In this document: piece by piece, positions 49,066 to 60,527 of the stretch
Layout of the letters: the number at the start of each line of letters is the position of its first letter
Position numbering within the stretch: position 1 is the stretch's first letter
From: Rhynchobatus australiae
Lineage: Eukaryota
Assembly (NCBI GenBank): GCA_034780895.1
Contig: JAUZTB010000070.1
Location: forward strand, 12,025,419 to 12,089,418
Reading direction: 5' to 3'
DNA: 64,000 nt
The notes under the pieces: model-generated
What the model was told of the DNA's origin: nothing
Database searches by the model: none
Seen by the model: only the letters and a program-made list of their open reading frames with translations
Position numbers and translations under genes: made by a program

Positions 49066-49799
49066 AAACAATCCAACTCTAGTTTGCTTTTTTTTTAAAA
49101 GAAGGATCACTTATCTGTCAGTTAACCTCACTAACCAAAATGGAACCATCTGGAGGTATTTCTCAATAGCAGTCTAGTTTCAAAATAGAGCTGTAGTTGC
49201 AAACATCAGGAAATCATGTAAATTGCATTGTCATTTTTTTATGATTTCCCCCGATATTCTTTGGTAATTTACACTGAAATTCTGCCCCACAATATCTTAT
49301 TTCCATATGTCTATTTTAATAATACTTTTAAATGTTTGCATAATTGATTTAAGGAATAATTACAAATGATGTTATCTTAATGACAAATGATTATATCTTA
49401 ATGACCAAAGCTAATGACCATCATCAAGAGCTGGATATGCAACTCCAGTAGTGGGCTTTGAAATCAGACTCCTCTGACAGGCCAATGTACCTTAACCATG
49501 TCTTACTGTGATCTCCACATTCATTGAGATTATCCTACAGGAACTGAGAGAGATTATTTACAGCATCAGGGTGTACTCGCAAGACAGTCAGTGCCCATAT
49601 CTGACCAGTGATTTTAGGTAGGGTGTAATAATTCTGAAACAGCCATCCTACGTACAGCAAATTTACATTTCCAGATGGATGGATGTTAGTTGTGGCTCAG
49701 TGGACAGCAATCCCAAGAAAGCTCATAAATCTCTTCAGATACTTGAGTACAAGGGTCCAGACTACATTCATCACTGCACTGAGTGCATGCCTACACTTT

Positions 49800-50100
49800 C
49801 TTTTGCATGTAATAGTAAACTGAGGACCAGTTTGCCCTGTCAGGTGAATGTAACATGGCAGTATTTTGGGTATAGCAGAGGATGTGCCCTTGCTCTTGGC
49901 CAACATTTGTCTCTTGATCTACCTCACCAAAACTGATTATCTGATCATTTTCACACTGCTGTTTGTGGGATGTAGTGTGCACATTGGCTCCTGTGATTAC
50001 TACAATAAAACTGATTACATCTTAAAAATTCTTCACTTGCTGTAGAACTGCTTGGAATGTCCAGATGTCATGAAGGTCACTGTACGAATACAAGTCTTCT
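49800..50100 (+). mobile_element. Old Deu-domain SINE (SacSINE1/AmnSINE-related) remnant
   Basis: ctgctgtttgtgggatgtagtgtgcacattggctcc...cttcacttgctgtagaactgcttggaatgtcc...atacaagtctt resembles the Deu domain and tail as I recall them. Confidence 0.6.
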
Positions 50101-50734
50101 ATTCTCCGAGTAACAAACTCTCCCTGTGAACATCTGGATTGCAATCAACATTAAACATCTTACCCTATTCTCTCTTCCATTCCTTGCAGTGTATGAGCTT
50201 TTTCTACTGTTCTGACTTACCACAGGCAAAAGTCTCCACATATCATGAAGCCATGGAACCGTTATAATCTGTAGCTTACATGGAACATGTCCTCAGCTAG
50301 ATCTCACAGCCACCCTTTGAGATCTTCTATACTGACAGCAACCACTCTGATGCTCTACAGGGAGCATTGCCTTGCCTAGAGGCCATGAGCTTTTTGTACC
50401 TAATCTAAACAGTGATTATCTAAAATTCTTCATTTCTGAATGAGTCAAGCTTTTCATGTCATTCTGACTATTCATACAGGTATCTCTCATGAACAAAAAC
50501 ACACCTAACATTACTCGAAACCTATCAACAAATCTGTTTTCAATGTAATTTTGCTTCAGGTCTCCACCACAGTCCCTGGCAAGTGCTGGTTCCTGCTGAC
50601 GTGGGAGGTCCACAAGGACAGCAGCCTCTTCCAATGCTTCACCCCATTCTCATCTGGACAGCCAAGTTCTAGCAGGCAATTGGATGTGATGAAATGATGA
50701 AAGCAGAACCAAAACATCTGCTCACAAGTGAAAA

Positions 50735-51125
50735 GGCTTACATTTATAGACCACCTCTCATGCCCATTGCAGGGCTTTCCAAAGCACTTTAGACACAGTG
50801 AATTAGCTCTGAGGTCCAGGAGACATGGTAAGTAATTTTAATACAATAAGCTCCTTCCATCAGCAAAATGACAAAGACATGATTACCTGTTTTTCACAAA
50901 TTTATTGAAGGAGTAGTTTTGTCCAGGACATCAGATGCAACTCCCTAACTAAAAACAGTCCCATGGAATCATTTACATACACTCAAAAGAGCAGCCAATA
51001 GCATACTACAGTGCGAGACTGGATGAGGTGGCACAATTTAATGTCTCTGTCAAAAGATGGCACTTCCAACAATATAGCACATCCTCAGAACTAAACTGGA
51101 GTGTCAGTCCGGATTTCTGTGGAAC
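50735..51125 (-). mobile_element. Old Deu-domain SINE remnant
   Basis: Reverse-orientation homolog of 49800-50100 (cttacatttatag...ccaaagcacttt...catggaatcatttac...ggcacttccaaca). Confidence 0.5.
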
Positions 51126-51154
51126 CCCAACCTGGCACATTCTGACTCCAAAGC

Positions 51155-51297
51155 AAGACTCAAAGACAGCTTTTATCTCACTGTAATCAGACTCTTGAAC
51201 AGACCTCTCATACACTAAAGATGAACTCTTGATCTCCCAATTTACCTCATCGTTTACCTGCAATGCACTTTCCCTGTAACTATAACACTATATTCAG
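51155..51297 (+). mobile_element. Rex1/Babar 3' end, left half (interrupted by Penelope)
   Basis: gactcaaagacagcttttatctcactgtaatcagactcttgaac...ctgcaatgcactttccctgtaac is homologous to 31540-31690. Confidence 0.75.
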
Positions 51298-51299
51298 CT

Positions 51300-54120
51300 G
51301 AGACACAAGAGATCCTGCAGATGCTGGAATCTGGAGCAATACACACGATGCTGGAGGAACTCAGCAGGTCAGGAAGCATCTATTGGAGGGAAATAAACAG
51401 TTGATGTTTCAGGTTGAGACCCTTCATCAGGACTGGAAAGAGGGCAGGAGTCAGAATAAAAGGTGAGGTGAGTCCAGGTGAGGGGGGAAGTATATAGGTG
51501 GGGGAGGGAAGATGAAAAGGAATGATGTGAGAAGCTAGGAGGTGATAGGTAGAAGAGGCAAAGGGCTAGAGAAGATGGAATCTAAAAGGAGAGGACAGCA
51601 GACTATGGAATAAAGGGAAGGAGGTGGGGAACCAGAGGGAGGTTATGGGCAGGGGAGGAGGTACAGGAATGACAGAAAACGAGAGCGAGAGAGCGAAAGT
51701 GAGAAACAGAGGGGAAACCTCTGTTTCGGTTACCAGAAGTTGGAGAAATTAACGTTGATGCCATCAGGTTGGAGACTACTGAAATGGAATATGAGATGTT
51801 GCTCTTCCATCCTCCAACCTGTGTCTGGCCTCTAAGTGGCAGTACAGGAGGCCATGGACAAACATGTCAGTATGGGAATGGGAGTGGAATTGAAGTGGCT
51901 GGCCACCAGGAGATCCTAGGTGCTGCGGCGGACGGAGTGAAGATGCTTGACGAAGTGGACACCCAATCTGCGTTGGGTCTCACTGATGTAGAGGATTCCA
52001 CACCGGGAGGTCCGAATGCAATAAGTGTCACCCTTTGATTCACAGGTGAAGCGCTGCCTCACCTGGAAGGACTGTCTAGGGCCCTGAATGGTGGTGAGGG
52101 AGGAGGTGTAGGGACAGATGTAGCACTTTGCATGGTTGCAGGGATAAGTGCTGGGCGGGTGATTGGTGGGGAACAACCCATGGACAAGGGAGTCATGGAG
52201 AGTGCAATCCCTGCAGAAAGCAGAAGAGGGGGGAGGGGAAGATGTGCCGGATGGTGGGATCCTGATGGAGAAGGCAGATATTGAGGAGAATGATGTGTTG
52301 GATGTGGAGGCTCATGGGGTGATAGGTGAGGACAAGGGGAATCCTGTCCCTGTTATGTTGGGAGTTGAGGGATGGGTTGATGGCAGACATGTGGGAAATG
52401 GAGGAGATGCGGGTGAGGGAGGCATGGATAGTGCTGGAAGTGAAACTCCATTCACCAAAAAGAGAGGATAACTCTGATGTTCTGGAATGGAAAGCCTCGT
52501 CATGGGATGAGATGCGGCAGAGGTGGAGGAACTGGGAGAAGGGGATGGCGTCCTTACAAGTGACTGGGTGGGAAGAGGTGTAGTCAAGGTAACTGTGGGA
52601 GTCAGTGGGTTTGTAAAAGATATTGGTGGTTAATCTGTCTCTGGAGATGGAGACAGAGATCCAGAAAGGGGAGAGAGGTGTCAGAGATGGACCAAGTGAA
52701 TCTGAGGGCAGGGTGGAAGTTGGAGGCAAAGNNNNNNNNNNNNNNNNNNNNNNNNNNNNNNNNNNNNNNNNNNNNNNNNNNNNNNNNNNNNNNNNNNNNN
52801 NNNNNNNNNNNNNNNNNNNNNNNNNNNNNNNGGGCCCTGAATGGTGGTGAGGGAGGAGGTGTAGGGACAGGTGTAGCACTTTGTGCAGTTGCAGGGGTAA
52901 GTGCCAGGAGGGTGATTGGTAAGGAGGGACGAGTGGACAATGGAGTCGCAAAGGGTGTGATCCCTGCAGAAAGCGGAGAGTGGGGAGGGGGGGAAGAAGG
53001 CGAAGATGTGGCTGGTGGTGGGATCCCGTTGGAGATGGCAGAAGTTTCAGACAATGATGTGTTGGATGCGGAGGTTCATGAGGTGGTGGGTGAAGACAAG
53101 GGAACCCTATCCCTGTTGTGTGGGGGAGTGGGGGATGGGGTGGTGGATGGGATGAGGGCAGACATACGGGAAATGGAGGTGATGCGGTTGAGGGCTGAAT
53201 TGATGGTAGTGGAAGGGAACCCCCATTAACTGAAAAAAAAGACATCTCAGTTGTCTTGGAATGGAAAGCTTCATCTTGGGAACAGATGTGGCAGAGGCGG
53301 AGGAATTGAGATAAAGGAATAGCATCCTTAGAAGCGACGGGGTGGGAAGGAGTGTAGTCACGGTAACTAAGGAGTCAGTGGGTTTGAAAAAGGTGTTGGT
53401 GGATAATCTCTCTCCGGAGATGGAGACTAAGTGATCAGGTAAGGGGAAAAAAGAGGTGTCAGAGAACAACCAAGTAAATTTAAGGGCAGGGTGGATGTTG
53501 GAGGCAAAGTTGATGAAATTGATGAGCTCAGCAAGGGTGCATGAAGCAGCACCAATGCAGTTGTCAATGTAGCGGAGAAAGAGTTGGGAAGTGATACCAG
53601 CGAAGGCTTGAAACTTGGACTGTTCCACGTAGCTGACGAAAAGGAAGGCATAGCTGGGGCCCATGCAAGTTTGGAAGAAGTGGGAGGAGCTGAAAAAAGA
53701 TATCAAGGGCAAGTACCAGTTCTGCCAGACAGAGGAGGGTGGCAGTGGAGGGAAACAGGTTGAGTCTGTCGTCAAGAAAGAAGCAGAGAGCCTCAAGGCC
53801 TTCCTGATGCGGGATGGAAGTGTACAGGGACTGGACGTTCATGGTGAAAATGAGACAGTCAGGGCCGGGGAACTGAAAGTTGTTGAAGTGATGGAGAGCA
53901 CGTGAAGTGTCACAGATGTAGGTGGGAAGGGATTGGACCAAGGGGGACAAAATGGAGTTGAGATAAGAGGACACGAGTTCAGTGGGGCAGGAGCAGGCAG
54001 AAACAATGGGCCTACTGGGGCAGTTAGGTTTGTGGATCTTGTGTAGGAGGTAGAAACTGGTAGTATATGGTAGGGGAACTATGAGATTGGAGGCTGTAGA
54101 TGGGAGATCTCTAGAGGTGA
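51300..54120 (-). mobile_element. Penelope-like element (RT plus GIY-YIG, frameshifted) with 3' terminal repeat
   Basis: RT motifs MNVQSLYTSIPHQEG (ORF 53564) and MGPSYA...LRYIDNC (ORF 53107). FYKPTDSHSYLDYTSSHP...IPFSQFL is present, as is GIY-YIG TYCIRTSRCGILYISETQRRLGVHFVKHL (ORF 51916). The terminal repeat spans 51300-51440. Confidence 0.92.
51398..51435 (-). ncRNA. Minimal type-I hammerhead ribozyme motif (slightly decayed) in the Penelope terminal repeat
   Basis: The minus strand reads CAGTC-CTGATGA-AGG GTCTCAA CCT-GAAA-CA-TC-AACTG. The CUGAUGA and GAAA boxes, stem II, the UH site and stem I (CAGT/ACTG) are present. Confidence 0.7.
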
Positions 54121-54139
54121 TGTGGTCGGTGATGGATAC

Positions 54140-54260
54140 TACATTGTTTTCTTTTCACTACCTCAATGTCTTTAGGTAGGGTATGATCTGTCTGGAAGGC
54201 AAGCAAACAAAAGCTTTTCACTGTATCTCGATACACATGAAAATAATAATAAACCAATAT
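54140..54260 (+). mobile_element. Rex1/Babar 3' UTR, right half
   Basis: atgatctgtctgga...gcttttcactgtatctcgatacacatgaaaataataataaaccaat continues the UTR broken at 51297 (compare the reverse of 4437-4620). Confidence 0.75.
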
Positions 54261-55731
54261 ATTGGCTGAGCCAGGCAGTCTTCGCAACCTCCTCAAAAAT
54301 CAACAGAAAATTAATAATAATGACAGTAATGCTATTAAGCAATACTTACTCAGCATCATTCTGCTCACTGATACTCAGTGTTATGTTCTGCCAGAAACAT
54401 TCAGTTCTCGATTGCCTTGGTCCAGCTTGAATTCCAGGCATGAGGTTAGAATGCTGACACTAAAATGATCAGCTGTTGGAATGCTGGCTGACCTTTTGAC
54501 TTTCCTTGCTCTAGAGGATGCTGAGACACTAGTTTTCACTGCTTCTCTGACATTTTCTCAAGTTTAATAATTAAATCAGTACAGTGGCCATTCAGCTGTT
54601 GTGATACAGGACTTGTGGTAATTATGTTCAACATAAATGCACAAGGACTGATCAAGACCACTAAATGTGCCGTATGATGCTCTCCCAACCTCACTCCCAC
54701 TGTGAACATTCCACATGATGAAATGTATGGGTTTGTCCTTGTTGGCTGGGGAAAGAAAGACACCTGGGGGGAAGCCAATTTACCCAATCTNNNNNNNNNN
54801 NNNNNNNNNNNNNNNNNNNNNNNNNNNNNNNNNNNNNNNNNNNNNNNNNNNNNNNNNNNNNNNNNNNNNNNNNNNCTCGCCCTATAGCTGAAATGTTTTA
54901 ATGCAGGACTAAACACAACTAAGATTAAAAGGAAATAATTTCACAACATGATTCAGAAGTATTTTCCAGTGAGAACCAGTGACTACCACAAAAAGTAATT
55001 TCAAGGCTCTGGCAGACAATGATACGATGATGTCCTACACAATCCTCTTGAGCACAGCTGCAATTTGATCTAGTTCCTGGGAAGATGAAGCTGGAATATC
55101 CCAGTGTGTTACAGGCATGAGAAAATTGATGCAGGTCTCAGTCTCCCAGCTATTAAATCCATGTATACTCTTCACCAACACTGCTCACACTTACTTATTC
55201 AGGAAAAGCTAATTATAACAGCCAATTGACCAGAGGCAGCATGACGCCCCAGTGACTGCAGTATCTCAAGAGGCTGATAATTCTAGTTGCAAGGAGTGAC
55301 AAGAGTCCATTATCAGCTACCTGTCTCTACATTAGTGTGTGCCTGGACTATTTTGCCATCTTTGTTAATTATTAATCCTTGTTTTAGGTCTGGTGATTAG
55401 ACATTGATCACTAGATTTGATCGGAATTCAGTACATAAGGGCATGTTGCTTCTGTTGGGTGAATTGACCTAATGCAGTGAGTTTCAACAGTCAGTAATAA
55501 GAGGAGCTTTGCTCTGCATCTATTCTTTTTGTACGAGTTTGGAAAGCCCATTGAGGTAACATAGCAAGTTATTTTTCCTGAAAATAACTTGTACACTACC
55601 TGATTTGAAAATATTTGATATGAGTGCCTCAAATGAGCTTCATTCTAGATCTGGCCATTAATTTGATTAAATCAAGGGTGTTGGTGTCTGTATATTGTCA
55701 CATTGTATGTAGTCAACAAAATGTCACTTAC

Positions 55732-55830
55732 CAGAGCCAGATCCACAACCTGGGGAGAGCTGCCCATTGGAGCAAGTGCACATGTTTGGTCTGGAGCAGA
55801 AACCATCACCACAAGTGTTGCGACAAATGG
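55732..55830 (-). CDS. FBN2: Fibrillin coding exon, EGF-like 1 ((P)[32 protein letters not shown](V))
   Basis: 99 nt, acceptor TGTCCAG|CC, donor TCTG|GTAAGT, phase 1-1, six-Cys EGF pattern. It is absent from the ORF track and was translated by hand. Confidence 0.95.
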
Positions 55831-56801
55831 CTGGACAAAGGCAAAAGGAAAGACACTTCAGAAAGTGCCAGCATGGTGCAAAACAATCAAAGATATAATT
55901 GGCTGTTGTTTGGCCACCTTTAACTCAGCTAAAGCCATATTTTTTCCATGTATAGTAACTCTCACACTTAGTGATGTTACATCCGTAGAGTGTTAATAGT
56001 TAAATAGATACTTAAGTTACATTTACATTGACATTATGGTGTTCTGTTCACAGTGACATCATGCTGTTACACTAAGTGATACCAAGCTGTCACATGACGA
56101 GTGCCACATTTTCTGGTTTGACACAATTTTGTTTTATTATCAAAGAGTGACTTGCTGTGTGTGGCCCTACTACAAGGTAGTTGTCCACCTTTGATCTTTT
56201 CACTGGCTGGAAATACTCATGGTTTTTTGGACTGTTTCAGCCAATGCAAGTTATGGCTCAAATGAATAGAGGAAGAGATTCAGTCAGTTGGATAGGCAAG
56301 AGAAAAAATTTAAATGGTGGAGTGAAAGAACAGAGCTAGAGGGAAGAAAAAAAGAAATATTTAAAATCCCTAAATTTGAGAAGTTAGCGATGGGAATATT
56401 TGTAATATGAGAAACTCTAGCCAAAGATGTATTTGAAACACTGGCTGGCTGCAGGAGTCTTTGGATCTGGAGGCAATGGGGGTTGTCCTCACAGCTGGGG
56501 CATTGTACAGGAGTGTCAAAGGCAATGCTAGAGGTTGGCAATCCTGACAGACTGGTCTTGAGGCTGATGTATGCACTTGCACAAACCTAATACAATTTGA
56601 AAATTGATGGGCTATCTTTGGAACATTACAGAAAATACAGAACTGAGTACTTCATCAGAAGGCCAAAGTTAAGTGCAACATTAAGTGGTCTCCTTTACAG
56701 CAATGAATTAATGATAGAATGAGAGTTAGTAACAATAAAGGAAAAGAGCATAAACTTAAGAGGCTCACTATTTTCCTGTAGATAGAGTTGGCAGTANNNN
56801 N

Positions 56802-56884
56802 NNNNNNTACATTGGTTACCACCAGGCAATGTTTTCCATCCAGGACAACAATAGGAATGAAATCTAGATCCACACACATTAGGC
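56802..56884 (-). CDS. FBN2: Fibrillin coding exon, N-terminal 4-Cys motif ([26 protein letters not shown][IV]); 3' end hidden in N gap
   Basis: The minus strand reads TTTCAG|G CCT AAT GTG TGT GGA TCT AGA TTT CAT TCC TAT TGT TGT CCT GGA TGG AAA ACA TTG CCT GGT GGT AAC CAA TGT A, then 11 N. The peptide matches the fibrillin-2 N-terminus as I recall it. The end at 56802 is inferred from the 83-nt orthologous exon. Confidence 0.9.
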
Positions 56885-59337
56885 CTGAAAGGAAAGTAAA
56901 GACAAAGGTTACATGGGCTCCTCTGATCCCATTATACCCTGCAATACTTGTACTCATATGTAGCTGGTTTGTTATGGTAGGACGGAGACTGGGACACAGC
57001 TACAGCTTGACTCCTTCCTGTCACTGTCAATACTGATGCTATTTGTTTACACTATGTACGAATATCCAACTTCCCTTTACAAATATGCCATATTTGTAAA
57101 GGGAAGGGATAGCTTTATCCATGTAGTTTCAAATACAGCATTATTTTACTCATCCCTGTTGAACGTTTCATCTTCAGTTTTTAGAGAAAGATGTAGAATA
57201 CTGCTTGCAATAAGCAACTACAGGAAATGTTGAAAGTGTGTAACGGAACAACATGCTTTAAATTCACTTCAGGAACAAATACAATAACCCCATAAACAAG
57301 GTAACTTTTGGTTTTGATCCCTAAATAAACATGCTACCCATCTCCGGAAGATATAGTCATGTCCACATTCAATTCAATCCCATTCCTTACCCTATACGGT
57401 AGGAGGTGCCCTGGGCAGTTCAGCAGCAATGACCACACTTTCTAACACTTTAATGTTTGAATGAGGTAACTTAACCACTTGGTATTTTGTGAATGGTAGC
57501 AATCACTCTCAATGTTAATAGGTGCATTACTGTTCCCTCACCTGCCTGACACTTAAATGCATCTGTTAACATTAAAATAGAATTTTGTGGCTCTCACTGG
57601 TCAGATGTCCCTCCTCAGGCAGAAGGTAAAATTGAAATGTTACCTTATTGGAGGCCTGATCACATTAGCACTGTAGTCATGTGAGATTGATCTGGAATGC
57701 ACTGAATGCCATCACCTCACCTCCCCCCACCCCCTGGATAGGTAACTCTCCTGCTGGTAGAAGCCTCTTGTTAATAGAATGAAGAACATTCCTAAAACAT
57801 CAGCAATGCCAGGTAATTTGAAGGGTCATAAGGAGTCCAAGGTTCAGTGAGCATGAGGGTGCACAGCTGAATCAGCCTTTCATTTGGCAATCAAAGCCCA
57901 GCTGTCCACACTACTTACCCGGCTTGAGTAAACAGGGTAAATACTGAATTATCACAGGTCATTTCAACCAAGTATCAACATTACATAATTTTATGACAAA
58001 AAAACAATATGGTAGCGGTTACTGATGTTGGAATGATCCAGATGATTTANNNNNNNNNNNNNNNNNNNNNNNNNNNNNNNNNNNNNNNNNNNNNNNNNNN
58101 NNNNNNNNNNNNNNNNNNNNNNNNNNNNNNNNNNNNNNNNNNNNNNNNNTAAATCATTTTATTTTGGCAAATCCTAACTGACCATTGGCTTGTAATTTGA
58201 GTTTGCTGCAGTGCCAATTGTTTTTAGGCCTGTAGTTTTGGAATTCTTTTCCTAAACCTCACCACTGTTTACCGCTCTCCTCTCCAGTAAAGACATTCTT
58301 AAGTCCCACAACTTTAACCATGCTTTAGGTCTTCTGTCTGAGTATCTTCCTATGTGACTTACAGTGCTGCTAAGATGCTCTTTGGAACATTTTGCCACAT
58401 TAGAGATGCTACAGAAATTGAGGTTGTTCTGGTTACTGCAGTTTCAAATTTTCCAATTCCAATTTACATCAAATACAAACCTGGTCAATTTGAGAGGAAT
58501 AGATAATTGATCACAAAGGAAATCCTAATCCACTTCAACACGTACTTGGTACATATTGTTGTATAATTGTTTTCCCAGCAGAATATTTAATTACAAAGTT
58601 TAGATCTAAACATACGATGTTAATTATCTGCTTTAGTAGAAGCTTGTGCTCTAAATCCAGGCATCCTGTCATTACTGTATAAAACAGTCTTATCACTTCC
58701 TGGTTATATTTAATTTGAATTACTATATGTATGTGTTACATCATTATGAAATCAATGCTTGTGCAATAATCTGCAAAGGACAAGAGCAGGAGTTAAAGGA
58801 TATGCACTTAGCCCTTACCTTGCATTAGGTAATTGCCAAGAACCACAGGGTATGGCAAGGTTGGAATGATAGGGTAGGATAAATGGTTCTGTATGAATTA
58901 AGTGACATCAAGCTTGGGATTTAACATCCTCTTTTATTGAAAGGAGAAAGAATAATATGAGAACAACAGTATTGAGGTGGTTGATGCAAGTCATTTGGAG
59001 TAGAAGGTAATCTGAATTTTGAACTCTGGAATTTGAAGGTACAGCAAAGTAAAGATGCAATAGCTTCCACACTTGAACTGAGAGATTCAGATAGAACATA
59101 AGCAGTGGCTTAGCCAATCTCCCATTGTATCATGAAACAAAAAATCAGTTTATATAATCATTGGTTCACACACAGAAAATTAAGGTAAAGTAGGATCAGG
59201 AAAGACAGTGGAAATTGGTGCCCTGCTTTTGTTACTTCTAAAGTAATTCTAAATTAGATTAATAACCCATTAATTTTTATAAAATAAACTGATTTTTAGC
59301 AGGAGTTCATAGATATTGACAACCAAGTAAACCATTA

Positions 59338-59521
59338 TCAAGCAAAAGTAAACTGCTGGAAGAACTCAGCAGGTTAAGAACCAGTGGAGGCAAAGGGATG
59401 TTGACCAATGCAAGAGAATATGTCATCTATTCCTTTGCCTCCACGGGTGCTACTTGACCCACTGAGTTCTTCTATCAGTTCATTTTTTTGCTCCAAATTC
59501 CAGCATCTGAGGTCTCTTGTG
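59338..59521. mobile_element. Inverted pair of Penelope-type terminal repeats (palindromic element)
   Basis: GAAGAACTCAG...GTGGAGGCAAAGG faces CCTTTGCCTCCAC...CTGAGTTCTTC, followed by ccagcatctgaggtctcttgtg. Confidence 0.75.
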
Positions 59522-60289
59522 GAACCATTGTCAAACCAAGTTTGGGATTCAGTTCCAACATTGTTGAAAATATTTAAAATGTTGATATGTCTGGCCTTTG
59601 ACTCTGTAAACCCTGGGTTAATTCTCATTTCAATGTTTTCACAAGTGGCATATTAAATTGGGTTATTCCTTGTTTTACAGCCCATGCTCTTGGGCTTTGT
59701 TTTGTAGGAACTCGTGGGTAGTTTTGAGGTTTTATTAATCCATTGTAAGGCAAGGATTGACCCCATCTTGACTCAGACTCTGAGTCTTTCGATTACTTTA
59801 AATATGAGGAACAGAAACATGAAAAGAGTGTGCATTAAAATGTGAATGCCTGTGAATTTGATATCAGCAGAGTGTTGGTGATTACAATTAGCCACAGAGC
59901 TCTGAATTAGGGAGGGCATTCCTGGGCTTTGTTCCTGATCACCATTGAGTAACACTGCTTGAAAATGCATGCATTGCCTTTGGGTTCAGACTCAATAACA
60001 TAATCTCCCAGTTTGGAAGAAGATCTTGAGGATCGGAGGGCCTGATTCATTGTGACAGTTCCCCAAGCAAGATGGTGTACCCTCAAAATAATACCAAAGC
60101 AAGCCTCTGCCAATTGTGTTTAAAATTCAAAAGCATAGTATTACTGTACAACAGAATGTCTGGATCATTTTCTTGTCAAGACAAATGGTAAAGAATAGTC
60201 TGGGCGACATGTGATTTTCAGAAATATACATTTATAATCTGCAGCTCTCCAAGTGCTTCAGGTCACGCTGTGTTAGCAGTACTGTTAGG

Positions 60290-60527
60290 AAGTACAGAGA
60301 AGGTTTACTAGACTAATACCTACAAAGGATAGGTCACCTTAAAAAGGGAAAATTGGAACAGGCTCAGCTTTTATCTGCTAGAATTTAGAAGAGTGAGGGG
60401 TAACATGGAAGGTCCCGAGGGGTCTCGACAGGCTAGGTATGAAGAGGATGTTTCCTGTTGTTGGAGAATCTAAAACTAGCAGTCACCGTTTAAAAGTAAG
60501 GGATTGCCCGTTTAAGACAAAGGTGTA
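60290..60527 (+). mobile_element. CR1 3' fragment running into N gap
   Basis: cagagaaggtttactagactaatacc...gaatttagaagagtgagggg, and the peptide RMFPVVGESKTSSHRLKVR. Confidence 0.7.

Noticed and set aside
52193-53245. 350-aa Pro/His-rich ORF
   Set aside because: It is a chimera of an off-frame and an in-frame Penelope segment bridged by the 100-N gap.
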